A DNA stretch of 33,377 nt from a virus (Duplodnaviria; Caudoviricetes): the IMG/VR virus record IMGVR_UViG_3300020043_001113, positions 1-33,377 of that record. The stretch is one strand, 5' to 3'. Under the pieces are notes generated by a model that did no database searches, had not been told where the DNA came from, and saw nothing but the letters and a program-made list of their open reading frames with translations. Within the stretch, counting starts at the first letter, position 1, and each line of letters opens with the position of its first letter. The position numbers and the translations under genes are program-made. This document shows, piece after piece, positions 6,877 through 15,645 of this stretch.

Positions 6877-7644
6877 TTAAATTAAATTCTGTATGGTTGC
6901 ATCCACCTGATTAATAGTCCATATCGCAGATGCGCCACTATTAACGGTTATTCCAAGGAATGAATTGGCTGTCGTGCTGTTAAATGTACCGGATAGCTGT
7001 GCATTGTTGTTGCATGGTACGTTAGCCAACCCTGTTGATGCTAAATTGTGAGTTAAATTGTAATGTGCTGATATGATCGCTGTGCCGTTTCCTGTTGCTC
7101 TGAATACCGCACGTATCATAACCATACCTGTATCTGCTGCTGCTGTTTGTGCAGAGCCTGTGAATGTCACAAGTGTACTATCTGCCGTGCTTGCTGCGGT
7201 ACCAAATCTAATTGTAAACACAGGTGCAGCTGTACCCGCTGCTGTCTTTTGTATGGATATATACCACGTTACTATAGTTCCAGCCTGTACTAAATTAGCA
7301 GATAGGTTGCTATTGGTTAAATATGTTGTAGTGTTAGCAACCAATACCTGTGGCAGTATGGATGCATTGTATAACAGCCTTGTTTTGTTATTAAATGTAG
7401 TCCAATCAGTAGATGCAAGAAATCCATTGGTGCTTCCATTGGCTTGTGGTATTCCTATTGCTGGTGTATTTCCTCCTGTGCTAGTAATCGGTGCAGTACC
7501 TGTCACAGATGTAACTGTACCCACAGCAATATCACCTGCACCCAATACAGATGTATTGTTGATAGTCTTTAAATTGCTACCTGATCTCAGCGTATCCTGT
7601 TTATTGTTCAGCTGATTTGTAATGTCATCAAAAATATTGTACAT
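6877..7644 (-). CDS. Tail fibre / receptor-binding-like protein
   Basis: Fibre-type segments KQDTL.SG.N.KTIN..S.LG.GDI, GTVTSVTGTAPITSTGG.TP.I and GFL.STDWTTFNNK, then a Thr/Ala/Asn-rich beta domain. Confidence 0.7.
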   Translation of the reverse strand: MYNIFDDITNQLNNKQDTLRSGSNLKTINNTSVLGAGDIAVGTVTSVTGTAPITSTGGNTPAIGIPQANGSTNGFLASTDWTTFNNKTRLLYNASILPQVLVANTTTYLTNSNLSANLVQAGTIVTWYISIQKTAAGTAAPVFTIRFGTAASTADSTLVTFTGSAQTAAADTGMVMIRAVFRATGNGTAIISAHYNLTHNLASTGLANVPCNNNAQLSGTFNSTTANSFLGITVNSGASAIWTINQVDATIQNLI

Positions 7645-8186
7645 CAGAATATCTTGGTTAGGATCATTGACTCTGAATAAATGCTGTTTGTGGCATTATT
7701 GCTGCCCCATTGTGCCGTAATATCCAAGGTATTTCCAATAGTTGTATCAAATGTGGTAGTGTTTACTATGCTAAAATCAGTACCCTCAAATTGATTGGCA
7801 TTTTTACTAAATGTAAATACCCCAAATGAGGCCAATGATGCAACACCTGCGGCACCTAATGTGCGCACAGTGAAACGCATTTCAAGATTCCAATGCCTAT
7901 TGGTTATTGCCGGCATAGAGATGGCTCCTGTATCTGCCAATATCACAGCCCCTGATTTGATTCTAATGTGCAATGTCTCATTATTAGCTGCGCTGATATG
8001 CCCTCCCATTGTCACCTGAAAGCTATCACCTACTGCAAACCCATTAGATGGTACAGTCAATGTACCCTCACCACCATCAAGTAATGTGGTCTCTGTTGAT
8101 GTAGCGGTAATTGTTGCGCTGTTTGCTGTCTGAGCAAAGAGTCCTTTGGCTATATTGCCTGTGATATTTATTGTAGTTACTGCCAT
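7644..8186 (-). CDS. Putative structural protein (beta-rich, fibre/decoration-like)
   Basis: Thr/Ser/Gly/Ala-rich alternating beta pattern; lies between the tail terminator and the fibre gene. Confidence 0.55.
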   Translation of the reverse strand: MAVTTINITGNIAKGLFAQTANSATITATSTETTLLDGGEGTLTVPSNGFAVGDSFQVTMGGHISAANNETLHIRIKSGAVILADTGAISMPAITNRHWNLEMRFTVRTLGAAGVASLASFGVFTFSKNANQFEGTDFSIVNTTTFDTTIGNTLDITAQWGSNNATNSIYSESMILTKIF

Positions 8187-8770
8187 TACAAATTGATATT
8201 AATAGTATTGTTCTCTGTTGTAGCCTGGCTAAAGGTATCAACTAGCACTCCATTGAGATATACATTGTACGTTGTGTATTCATCACCGCATCCTGTAGGC
8301 GCAGCTGGTCCATTTTCAAAGTCATACCCATCATATGGAATATCACACCAATTCAATTCGTTGTATACCTCAAAGTTCACGCTCATAGTCCAGCCTGCCA
8401 CCATGTCCTGACCTCTATTGATAAACGGCTCAATGCTGATATCGTCCAATATATCCACAAATTCAGTCCATCTGTACTGCCTAAACGTGGTGTTGATGTC
8501 ATTTACTATGCTGAGACAATCTGAATGTACCTCATTTATCTGCCTATATTCTGAATGGTTGTACTTATCGCATATGCTAATTACAGCATTCATCTGTACA
8601 CTTACATCATTGACATTACCAGGTGCCAAGGTGACAACCATCAAGGGATATTGTGCCGCATCTCTGCTGATTGCATCAAGGAAATCACCCTGAAAGAATT
8701 CATTTATTTGCCGGTGTGCGTTTGCTATCTCGTTTAGCTCTCGCATCACTTGGTTTAGTGTCCTTAGCAT
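8186..8770 (-). CDS. Putative tail terminator / tail completion protein
   Basis: YPL.VV, IEPF....D.VAGW pattern, size and position after the head-tail adaptor. Confidence 0.55.
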   Translation of the reverse strand: MLRTLNQVMRELNEIANAHRQINEFFQGDFLDAISRDAAQYPLMVVTLAPGNVNDVSVQMNAVISICDKYNHSEYRQINEVHSDCLSIVNDINTTFRQYRWTEFVDILDDISIEPFINRGQDMVAGWTMSVNFEVYNELNWCDIPYDGYDFENGPAAPTGCGDEYTTYNVYLNGVLVDTFSQATTENNTININL

Positions 8771-8822
8771 TTAGGTATTGCTTTAATTTATCAATCTGTT
8801 TCTGTGATATTCTAAACTTCAT
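8700..8822 (-). CDS. Possible 40-aa basic micro-ORF (MKFRISQKQIDKLKQYLNAK...)
   Basis: ATGA-coupled to the adaptor stop codon and fills the 8771-8818 gap, but overlaps the next gene by 71 nt. Confidence 0.35.
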   Translation of the reverse strand: MKFRISQKQIDKLKQYLNAKDTKPSDARAKRDSKRTPANK

Positions 8823-9328
8823 AGTATCCACCCGAATGGTTTATAACCTGTTTGATCTTTACGTACATGCTCATGTTCACATGGACTCTGAACATACTCA
8901 GGATACATGATTCCTTGGTCATCTTTTAAGTACCCAATCAACCGCTCCTTGTAAAAATATGCATCCTTGCGCAGCTGATCACGCATAACTCGGCTTTGGC
9001 TGTCATCATTGGCTTGCATGGTATCGTCACTTTGCCTGCCTACTGACTTGTTGGTAATCTTTTCATTCAACAATGTAGCACTGCGGTAGTCAACAAACGC
9101 CACCAAGCAAGGAATCACATAGTCATTCATTAAGGTCACATAGTTCGGATCAGTCCAATCATTGTTTTGTACTCTTAAAAGCAATGCCTTGTACAATGGT
9201 GTTCCCAATGCTGGCTGAATGTGCATGTCCTGTGACCTTTTAATCACAACAGTTAGCAGCTTTGTATCTGTATTGGGATGTATTAACCCCAGCTTGCGGA
9301 TGTTTTCCGCTGATATTAGGTAGTTCAT
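8819..9328 (-). CDS. Putative head-tail adaptor (head completion protein)
   Basis: Helical 169-aa protein directly after the portal; QD.HI.P.LGT.LY and Y..RLI.YL motifs. Confidence 0.6.
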   Translation of the reverse strand: MNYLISAENIRKLGLIHPNTDTKLLTVVIKRSQDMHIQPALGTPLYKALLLRVQNNDWTDPNYVTLMNDYVIPCLVAFVDYRSATLLNEKITNKSVGRQSDDTMQANDDSQSRVMRDQLRKDAYFYKERLIGYLKDDQGIMYPEYVQSPCEHEHVRKDQTGYKPFGWIL

Positions 9329-11340
9329 TGCTTACGTTTTACTAAGTTCTGCATCCAAATGTGACGGCACCATGGTGTACTTTTACCTGTATCCGGATTA
9401 GTATACCATCCACCCCTGTATCTCCACACATCTCTGCCCTCTTTACTTCCTATGAATTCAATTTCTTCACGTGTATAAAGTCTTTCGGCACCCATTAAAG
9501 CAATGCAAAAATCTCTGCTTTTTGTTTTAACATCAGGCACGCCTTTACGTTTCTCATAGCTGTAACGTATCTCATATGGTGATTGCTCTGCTGTTGGTAT
9601 TCTGTTTACTATCTCTCCACCTGTTGATGTAACTGATCCACCTGTGCGCACACCATTGGCATCTAAAGATGGCTTTTCATACAGGCCCAATATTACCAAC
9701 TTATCAATGATCTGAACAATCACCTGCAATGGCTCACCCAATGCCTTGGCAATTGACCCTGCCTCTTCATCCTCTTCCTGCAATAATGTTAAAACAGCTT
9801 TTTCTTGATCAGTTAGCTGAACCATTATCTGCCCAATCTCATCAAACATCTGTGCTTCCCTGCTGAATACCTCCTCACTTGGTGTATCCCATTCAATTTC
9901 TACGCTTTTGATTATCTCAAAATTGTCTTTATGTTCACCATGTTGCAAAAAAAGTTCAATGCTTTCCTTGCTAAACATCTGCTTATGGTTACAGAATGAC
10001 ATATCACCGGATTGCAATCCCACAATCTCACGTGCTTGTGCCTCTGCAATCGTTGGGAACGATGCCAATAGTACCTGCAATGCAGCCTCAGGTGTAAGTA
10101 CACCCTCTTTAATAGCTGCCACCACATCAATGATTGAAGCAATCTGTGCACCATTCAATGCTGTTTTAGCCACATCAATCTCACCTGCTGCCAATGCATC
10201 CTCAGGTGCTGCCGCTGTTGGTGCTGCTGCATCACTTACTTGTGGTGCCGTGCCTATAGGTGTGACATCAACTAGCTTTAAAATGGCTGTGCTACCGCTC
10301 AATGTACACATGTAATTCATCAACCATTCAATCTGTTTCTGCCGTGAGGATACATATGTCACCTTGAATATCTCAAATAAATCTGCACTCTCAGCTGCAT
10401 TGAATGATCCCTGTTGAATGATACCAAACAATGTAGGTGCAGTGATGGAATGAGCCACAAGAATGTTCTGCTGCACAGCCTTCTCAGTCATTTCATACCG
10501 CTTATCCAAGTCATTACCGGACAGCTGCATCACACTTGGTGCATCGTCCTTGGTTTGACTGAATGTGATAATAATCTCACCAGCTGATTCAACGGATTGT
10601 ACAGGCCCTTTAATCTGTTCCTTAATTTTACGCTCTTCCTCTGCTGTCTCAGGAAAACCTCCGGGCAGATTGATCAAGGTACCTGCCTTGAATCCGTTGC
10701 CGATTTCAAACATGTGAAATCTAGATATGTCGCAATCGGTCTGTATTGCTGTGATTCCACCCACATATGGAGGTTTTGGATAGATTCCTTTCTCTCCCTT
10801 GGCTTGTTTGCTTGGCTCCTTGTAATATATAAAGAATGAACCTACCGGATTGTTCTCATCTAATGCTGGATATGTTCGGAAATTTGTATCCTCCGGTGAT
10901 TGTCTCCGTGCATTCCAATCATCTGATACAAACAATGTGCGCTCATCCTCTGAAAGCCTGCAGGCATCCACATCCAAATGCTCCCATGCCACTACTCTAG
11001 TACCCTCTCTGTTCCATGTACCCTTAACACACATGGCACCAAACAACTCAAAATCAAAGGTTATGCGCTGCACTACCTCATTCATATCAAAGTCACGGTA
11101 TTCATTGTTAAGAAATGCCTGGGCATCACCTGAGATAGTTTCAATACCACCTCCTGCAATATAGTAGCTTTTGTTTTTTATAATTCCCTGGTGCCAAGCA
11201 GAACCATGCAAGAGATCAATGATAAAAAATGGATAGTCATTTTTCTTGCCCCACTTTACAAAACCTTGACCCTTGTCCAATTCCTCCACCGGTACGGTGA
11301 ATGACTTACTGAATTGCACATTTAATACCTTATTGCTCAT
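9325..11340 (-). CDS. Portal protein with a C-terminal extension (helical insert, wHTH-like region, Cys/His minor-head-like domain)
   Basis: WG..N.YP, S..H..II..K, YP.P.Y.G, NGF..G and I..AH....P.LFG portal-type motifs; C-terminal SRDFC...WRYRGG...CRHIW. Confidence 0.8.
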   Translation of the reverse strand: MSNKVLNVQFSKSFTVPVEELDKGQGFVKWGKKNDYPFFIIDLLHGSAWHQGIIKNKSYYIAGGGIETISGDAQAFLNNEYRDFDMNEVVQRITFDFELFGAMCVKGTWNREGTRVVAWEHLDVDACRLSEDERTLFVSDDWNARRQSPEDTNFRTYPALDENNPVGSFFIYYKEPSKQAKGEKGIYPKPPYVGGITAIQTDCDISRFHMFEIGNGFKAGTLINLPGGFPETAEEERKIKEQIKGPVQSVESAGEIIITFSQTKDDAPSVMQLSGNDLDKRYEMTEKAVQQNILVAHSITAPTLFGIIQQGSFNAAESADLFEIFKVTYVSSRQKQIEWLMNYMCTLSGSTAILKLVDVTPIGTAPQVSDAAAPTAAAPEDALAAGEIDVAKTALNGAQIASIIDVVAAIKEGVLTPEAALQVLLASFPTIAEAQAREIVGLQSGDMSFCNHKQMFSKESIELFLQHGEHKDNFEIIKSVEIEWDTPSEEVFSREAQMFDEIGQIMVQLTDQEKAVLTLLQEEDEEAGSIAKALGEPLQVIVQIIDKLVILGLYEKPSLDANGVRTGGSVTSTGGEIVNRIPTAEQSPYEIRYSYEKRKGVPDVKTKSRDFCIALMGAERLYTREEIEFIGSKEGRDVWRYRGGWYTNPDTGKSTPWCRHIWMQNLVKRKQ

Positions 11341-11701
11341 AGACGAAATTTGTCACGTTGTAATCAAAGTAATTGGATGGAGAGTCTACCTCATAAACAT
11401 GGGCACGACCCTCTTCCACCATTCCATCAGACAGCGCAGGATCCAAATTGGTGCTGCTTGCCTGTTGGTAAATTTTATATGTATAGAAACCGCTGTATGG
11501 AAACGTTACATCCACACCATCAACCAGGACAAACTCATCATATCGTGGTATGCCTGTGCTGATGTTGGTCAGGATGCAGTACAATGATTCCTGTGTTTGC
11601 TCTTCAATGAATTCAAAGAGGTAGTATGGGGCTGGAATCGTTGTTAGTTCGCTCACTGTCACTATCAACGTGCTTTGCTGATTTCTTTCTATCCTTAACA
11701 T
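11330..11701 (-). CDS. Hypothetical structural-region protein (beta-rich)
   Basis: 123-aa ORF coupled to the portal; G.Y.Y.IY.Q.S..NLDP......VE.G pattern. Confidence 0.65.
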   Translation of the reverse strand: MLRIERNQQSTLIVTVSELTTIPAPYYLFEFIEEQTQESLYCILTNISTGIPRYDEFVLVDGVDVTFPYSGFYTYKIYQQASSTNLDPALSDGMVEEGRAHVYEVDSPSNYFDYNVTNFVYEQ

Positions 11702-11867
11702 CCTCTTTCTTCTTAATTATTGCAGGCTCAGATCTTTCAAAAATATCTAGAATTCCAAGCTGCCAATACAACTGCTCGTTGCCTTCCTCAATTATGTACC
11801 ACTTGTTCAAAACTCCAGCACGGACCTTGGAACCTATGTACTCTTTTTTTATTTTCAACTGTTTCAT
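11613..11867 (-). CDS. Small basic hypothetical protein
   Basis: First ORF after the terminator; its C-terminus overlaps the next gene by 89 nt. Confidence 0.55.
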   Translation of the reverse strand: MKQLKIKKEYIGSKVRAGVLNKWYIIEEGNEQLYWQLGILDIFERSEPAIIKKKEDVKDRKKSAKHVDSDSERTNNDSSPILPL

Positions 11868-11880
11868 GGCTCTAATTTAC

Positions 11881-11910
11881 AAAAAAGGGAGGGACATTGC
11901 CCTCCCCTTT
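11881..11910 (-). terminator. Intrinsic terminator after the capsid and tail-tube genes
   Basis: Minus-strand GGGAGGG-CAATGT-CCCTCCC-TTTTTT, about 20 nt after the stop at 11930. Confidence 0.9.
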
Positions 11911-11929
11911 CTAGAATTTATGAGATATA

Positions 11930-12463
11930 TTAGATAGCAGGTGACTGTTGTCCTAACAACGTGGTGATCAACGCATCTGCAACATCAGGCACTTCATCAT
12001 TTTCCATACCATTAAGAACAATCACGTGTCCTTGTCGGTCTGATTTTAGTACACCTGAAGTATATTCGTTGGCATCCGCCACCTGTAGTCCTTCATTTAA
12101 TCCCAATGCAACCCATGTGCCGTTAGCTTTCTCTACCAAACAACAAACCTCATTCTGTGCAAGCAAATGAATCTCAGAACGTAGTTCTTTTGTGTCACTT
12201 GCAAGGATCATTGATAAGGATTGCTCATACCAAAGTGTTCCGTTTTCTTTGTTCACTTTGATTGGTGCAGTGTAGCTGGATAAGTTGCTCTTTAATTTGT
12301 AAAGAAACACCTCACCGGTCACAGTCATTGATGTTATTTCGTTTGCGGTGATTGTTGGTGTGCCGCTAATGTTCCCAACAGGGAACAAAAGCACACTCAA
12401 AATACCGCCTTTTCCATTGGTACATGTTCTATCATTGTACCCCGTGGTCATGTTACATGGCAT
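11930..12463 (-). CDS. Putative major tail (tube) protein
   Basis: M.C..T.G....C....GGI, ENGT..YEQ.L and VE..NG....LG...G pattern; co-transcribed with the capsid gene ahead of a strong terminator, as expected for a high-copy protein. Confidence 0.6.
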   Translation of the reverse strand: MPCNMTTGYNDRTCTNGKGGILSVLLFPVGNISGTPTITANEITSMTVTGEVFLYKLKSNLSSYTAPIKVNKENGTLWYEQSLSMILASDTKELRSEIHLLAQNEVCCLVEKANGTWVALGLNEGLQVADANEYTSGVLKSDRQGHVIVLNGMENDEVPDVADALITTLLGQQSPAI

Positions 12464-12493
12464 GGCTCTATCTTTTTAGTTTTAGTTTAACAA

Positions 12494-13465
12494 TTAGTTA
12501 GGAGATCCTGTACCATTCCATACTCCGATTTCATCCAAGAAAGGAACCTGAACACCAGCACGGAATTTGGAACGAATATAAATCACATCGTCATCAAATG
12601 AATACCACAAATCATAAGACTCAAAGTCAGAAGATAAGTCAGTACCAAAGAAGAAATGTGAAGAACGTCCTGTATAGATGTTATCCAATCCATTCAATCC
12701 GTTAACTTTAACAACTCGCATGTTAGTACCTGGTACCAAACACTCGTTTAAGTTAGCAATTGTCTCAGGGCTGTAGTGGTAGAAATTCTGATCCACTAAG
12801 TTCTTCAATAAGTAGTTGAAGTTTTCACGGCCTGTGAAACAAATGAAATCAGCTTGCTCAGCAACTTGTGCAGGTGTGTTGATAAAACACTCATAGAATA
12901 CATCAAATGCATTAGATGCATTGATTGATGTAGTAGGTGTAGTATTCAAATCAACACATCCATTAGCAACTGTAAGGAATTGACGGAACCCGTTCATCCA
13001 TTGTAGGTTGCCTGTACCTGTTGCAACGTTACCTTTCCAAATAAGGTTGTCTAATTCACGTGCATGTAGCTTCAATAAGTAGTCAGTAAGCTGTGCCTCA
13101 AAAGGAAGTTCTTTGTCCTCAGCCATTGCACCTGGACGAAGAGCCAACTGTGTCCAAAGACCAGCAAGATCTTTCTGACAAAATCTCTTCATGTACCCAA
13201 TTGCATTCACGCTCAATTGACGATCAGAGTAAATTGTATCACCCTCAGGGGTCATTGAACAGTTAGCCTCTTGGTAGACGATTGAGTCATCCAATAATTT
13301 AAGGTCCTCAGTTCCTTTGATTCCTTCCTGAATCGTAATGTACTGTAGTGTTTGTGCTTCAGTTACTGAACGCACGATTAAATCCTCACGTGTGTCATCA
13401 ACGTATGGAGATAAGTCTGATACATCGTAGTCAAACTTAGATTTGATAAACTTTTTTAAGCTCAT
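12494..13465 (-). CDS. Major capsid protein
   Basis: 323 aa, following the protease and scaffold; FCQKDL...W and LDNLIWKG motifs. Confidence 0.8.
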   Translation of the reverse strand: MSLKKFIKSKFDYDVSDLSPYVDDTREDLIVRSVTEAQTLQYITIQEGIKGTEDLKLLDDSIVYQEANCSMTPEGDTIYSDRQLSVNAIGYMKRFCQKDLAGLWTQLALRPGAMAEDKELPFEAQLTDYLLKLHARELDNLIWKGNVATGTGNLQWMNGFRQFLTVANGCVDLNTTPTTSINASNAFDVFYECFINTPAQVAEQADFICFTGRENFNYLLKNLVDQNFYHYSPETIANLNECLVPGTNMRVVKVNGLNGLDNIYTGRSSHFFFGTDLSSDFESYDLWYSFDDDVIYIRSKFRAGVQVPFLDEIGVWNGTGSPN

Positions 13466-14040
13466 TTTTTCATGTTATTTAAAAGGAACAATTGGCGGTG
13501 GGTCATTCCTGCCGTACTTTTCTTAGCAAATTTCTCTGCTTCTTTGACCTCATTTGATGGCGCATTTTTGTAGGCTGCGAATTCAGCTTTTAATTCAGAA
13601 AGCTCTGCACTAAGTTCAGCATTTTGCTTTGCGATTGCTTCAACAATACCGGACATGCTTTTGAAAGCCTTGCCAAAAGTTGAAACCTCACCTTCCACAA
13701 TTGCTTTGACTTGTGCCTCGGACATTTCCTCCTCAGCTGGCGTAACTTCATTACCTGTACGCTCGTCAATAATTTCTGCGATCTTGCCCTCGGCATCAAC
13801 CACAATAGATATGCCTTCCATATCACCACCCAAGCGATGTGTACCCTCAGGTGCTGGTATCTCTTCGCTTTCAGTGACAACAAAAACGGCAACACCTGGG
13901 GCTAATTCTTCCCCATCGTAACGGATTGCAGTACCATCCTCTAAAACAGCCTCACCAAATTGGGTAGCAACTTTGCGCCCAGCAAGGATTGTTTTAAATT
14001 CAGCCAATGAATCCATCACTTTTTTAAAGTTCTCGTTCAT
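13462..14040 (-). CDS. Putative scaffolding protein
   Basis: Acidic; LEDGT...G..VFVV....IPAPEG.H motif and a C-terminal coiled coil; lies between protease and capsid genes. Confidence 0.65.
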   Translation of the reverse strand: MNENFKKVMDSLAEFKTILAGRKVATQFGEAVLEDGTAIRYDGEELAPGVAVFVVTESEEIPAPEGTHRLGGDMEGISIVVDAEGKIAEIIDERTGNEVTPAEEEMSEAQVKAIVEGEVSTFGKAFKSMSGIVEAIAKQNAELSAELSELKAEFAAYKNAPSNEVKEAEKFAKKSTAGMTHRQLFLLNNMKK

Positions 14041-14062
14041 ATTTGTCTTATTTGTTTACTCT

Positions 14063-14077
14063 TTATGTATGGCTGTT
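14063..14077 (-). promoter_or_regulatory. Putative phage late-promoter motif AACA-GCCA-TACATAA upstream of the scaffold/capsid genes
   Basis: One of 4 exact AACA-N4-TACATAA copies, all upstream of late genes. Confidence 0.7.
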
Positions 14078-14980
14078 TCAAAATTTCACAGCATCTATCT
14101 CAGTAAATTCCTTGATTAGTGCAATCTGCTCTGCATTGTTGTCGTAGTGACGCTCAATTCTGAGTCTCTTTAGTGTTTGCCACTTGTCTCTACCACCTGT
14201 GAAATACACATTTTCCTTGCGTATGCCGAGCTTTTGAGCCATCTCATATACTGACGCTCCATTGCTCTGCTGTCGTGCTGTCACAATGAATACCTCATCT
14301 CCTATGGTGATGTGACGCTTGGCCAACTGTTGCCCTTGTGATGTGGTCAATGTCTCATCAAAATCAAATGATACACGCATCTTTGCAAATGCCTGGCGTA
14401 ATGCATCCAATTCCTCAGCTATCTGTGCCCACATGTTTTCCTCCATGCTGGCACCTTGTTCAGTCAACATGAATAATCCCTCAATGCTAAATCCCATCCA
14501 TTCACCTGCCTTAGCCTTGGCAAAGATTTCATCACTTACCTTGTACCCAACAATCCAAGATCCATCATTGACATCCTTAAATCTTTCCGGTGCTGTCAAT
14601 CCTTTGCTCTCATCCACTTGGTAGCTCAGAATCATGGCAACATCGTCCACAACATCCTTGCTATTGTGTTCAATGTTGACATTGTTGAAATAACCCTTGC
14701 GGCTATAGTCAAACACAATGTCCTTAATAGCTTGCTTTGTAAACACCACATAGTATTCCTCATTGCTTATTGAATCATATCGGTAGATTGGTGTATCTGC
14801 TGAGATGGCTACCCCAATGATCACGTTCTCCTCATCATTGAATTGGAACCTTTGTGTCTTATTGAATGTCTCAAAGTTGATTTCATGTGCTGGACTACTC
14901 ACCAGGCTGTTGAATGTCACCTCTGTGTCCATATCATTGAGGTCTATCTTAATCTCGTATACCGGCAGATCTTTCTTCAT
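14078..14980 (-). CDS. Prohead serine protease (XkdF/S78-like) fused to a C-terminal HAD-family domain
   Basis: SLV..PA, IYR, NIEH, GSW and GFSIEG protease motifs; then SFDFDETL (HAD motif I), IVTAR (II), K (III) and HYDNN (IV). Confidence 0.8.
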   Translation of the reverse strand: MKKDLPVYEIKIDLNDMDTEVTFNSLVSSPAHEINFETFNKTQRFQFNDEENVIIGVAISADTPIYRYDSISNEEYYVVFTKQAIKDIVFDYSRKGYFNNVNIEHNSKDVVDDVAMILSYQVDESKGLTAPERFKDVNDGSWIVGYKVSDEIFAKAKAGEWMGFSIEGLFMLTEQGASMEENMWAQIAEELDALRQAFAKMRVSFDFDETLTTSQGQQLAKRHITIGDEVFIVTARQQSNGASVYEMAQKLGIRKENVYFTGGRDKWQTLKRLRIERHYDNNAEQIALIKEFTEIDAVKF

Positions 14981-14986
14981 AACAAA

Positions 14987-15001
14987 TTATGTACTTTTGT
15001 T
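14987..15001 (-). promoter_or_regulatory. Putative phage late-promoter motif AACA-AAAG-TACATAA upstream of the prohead protease
   Basis: Exact motif ending 6 nt before the ATG at 14980; overlaps a plus-strand TACTTTTG element at 14992-14999. Confidence 0.7.
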
Positions 15002-15003
15002 CC

Positions 15004-15645
15004 ATGGTATTTGTATATCCATACATCCGGCACATAAATGATTGGGATATTCTGCGCTCAATTGATTGGGTGTTGACTGCTTTTCCCAATGCAGAGATCA
15101 TAACCGTGGGAGATGCACTACCAAACAGGGAGAATATACCCCATAAAAAGAGATATCATGAACGTGGCTGTGATGTGACTGACAAAATACTAACCTTTGC
15201 CAGGGAGATTGGTGGAGATGCTGTCTATATGAATGATGACTTTTTTGTAGGTAGCAATTTTGATCCATATACCAACATCAAAAACGGCATGTTGCGTATT
15301 GATTCCAAACATTCACCTGTATATCAGCAGGCATGTCAACACACATTAGACTTCCTTAATCATTACAAATACACCACATTCAACTTTGAATGCCATCAGC
15401 CAATGATGTTCAATAGTGTCAAGCTGATTGAATTGTTTGATGAGATTACATGGCAACGGCACAACCATTTTCTCAAATCACTATACCTGAACGTAAACAC
15501 ATTCCTTGCAATAGATGGTGAGAATTTAAAGATTGGTAAGCCTGACATACTCAAAGCTAATGAACTGCTGTCTAAGTACGGTTGTTTCAGTATCTCAGAT
15601 GAATTCAAACAGGGCAGCTGTATTGACTTCCTTAATAGGTGCTAA
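15004..15645 (+). CDS. Stealth-family-like hexose-1-phosphate phosphotransferase (start at 15004 or 14989)
   Basis: ILRSI (cf. LRYSLRS), VYMNDDFF (Stealth CR2 NDD motif), HQP (CR3-like) and KSLYLN; the only credible plus-strand gene. Confidence 0.65.
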   Translation: MVFVYPYIRHINDWDILRSIDWVLTAFPNAEIITVGDALPNRENIPHKKRYHERGCDVTDKILTFAREIGGDAVYMNDDFFVGSNFDPYTNIKNGMLRIDSKHSPVYQQACQHTLDFLNHYKYTTFNFECHQPMMFNSVKLIELFDEITWQRHNHFLKSLYLNVNTFLAIDGENLKIGKPDILKANELLSKYGCFSISDEFKQGSCIDFLNRC

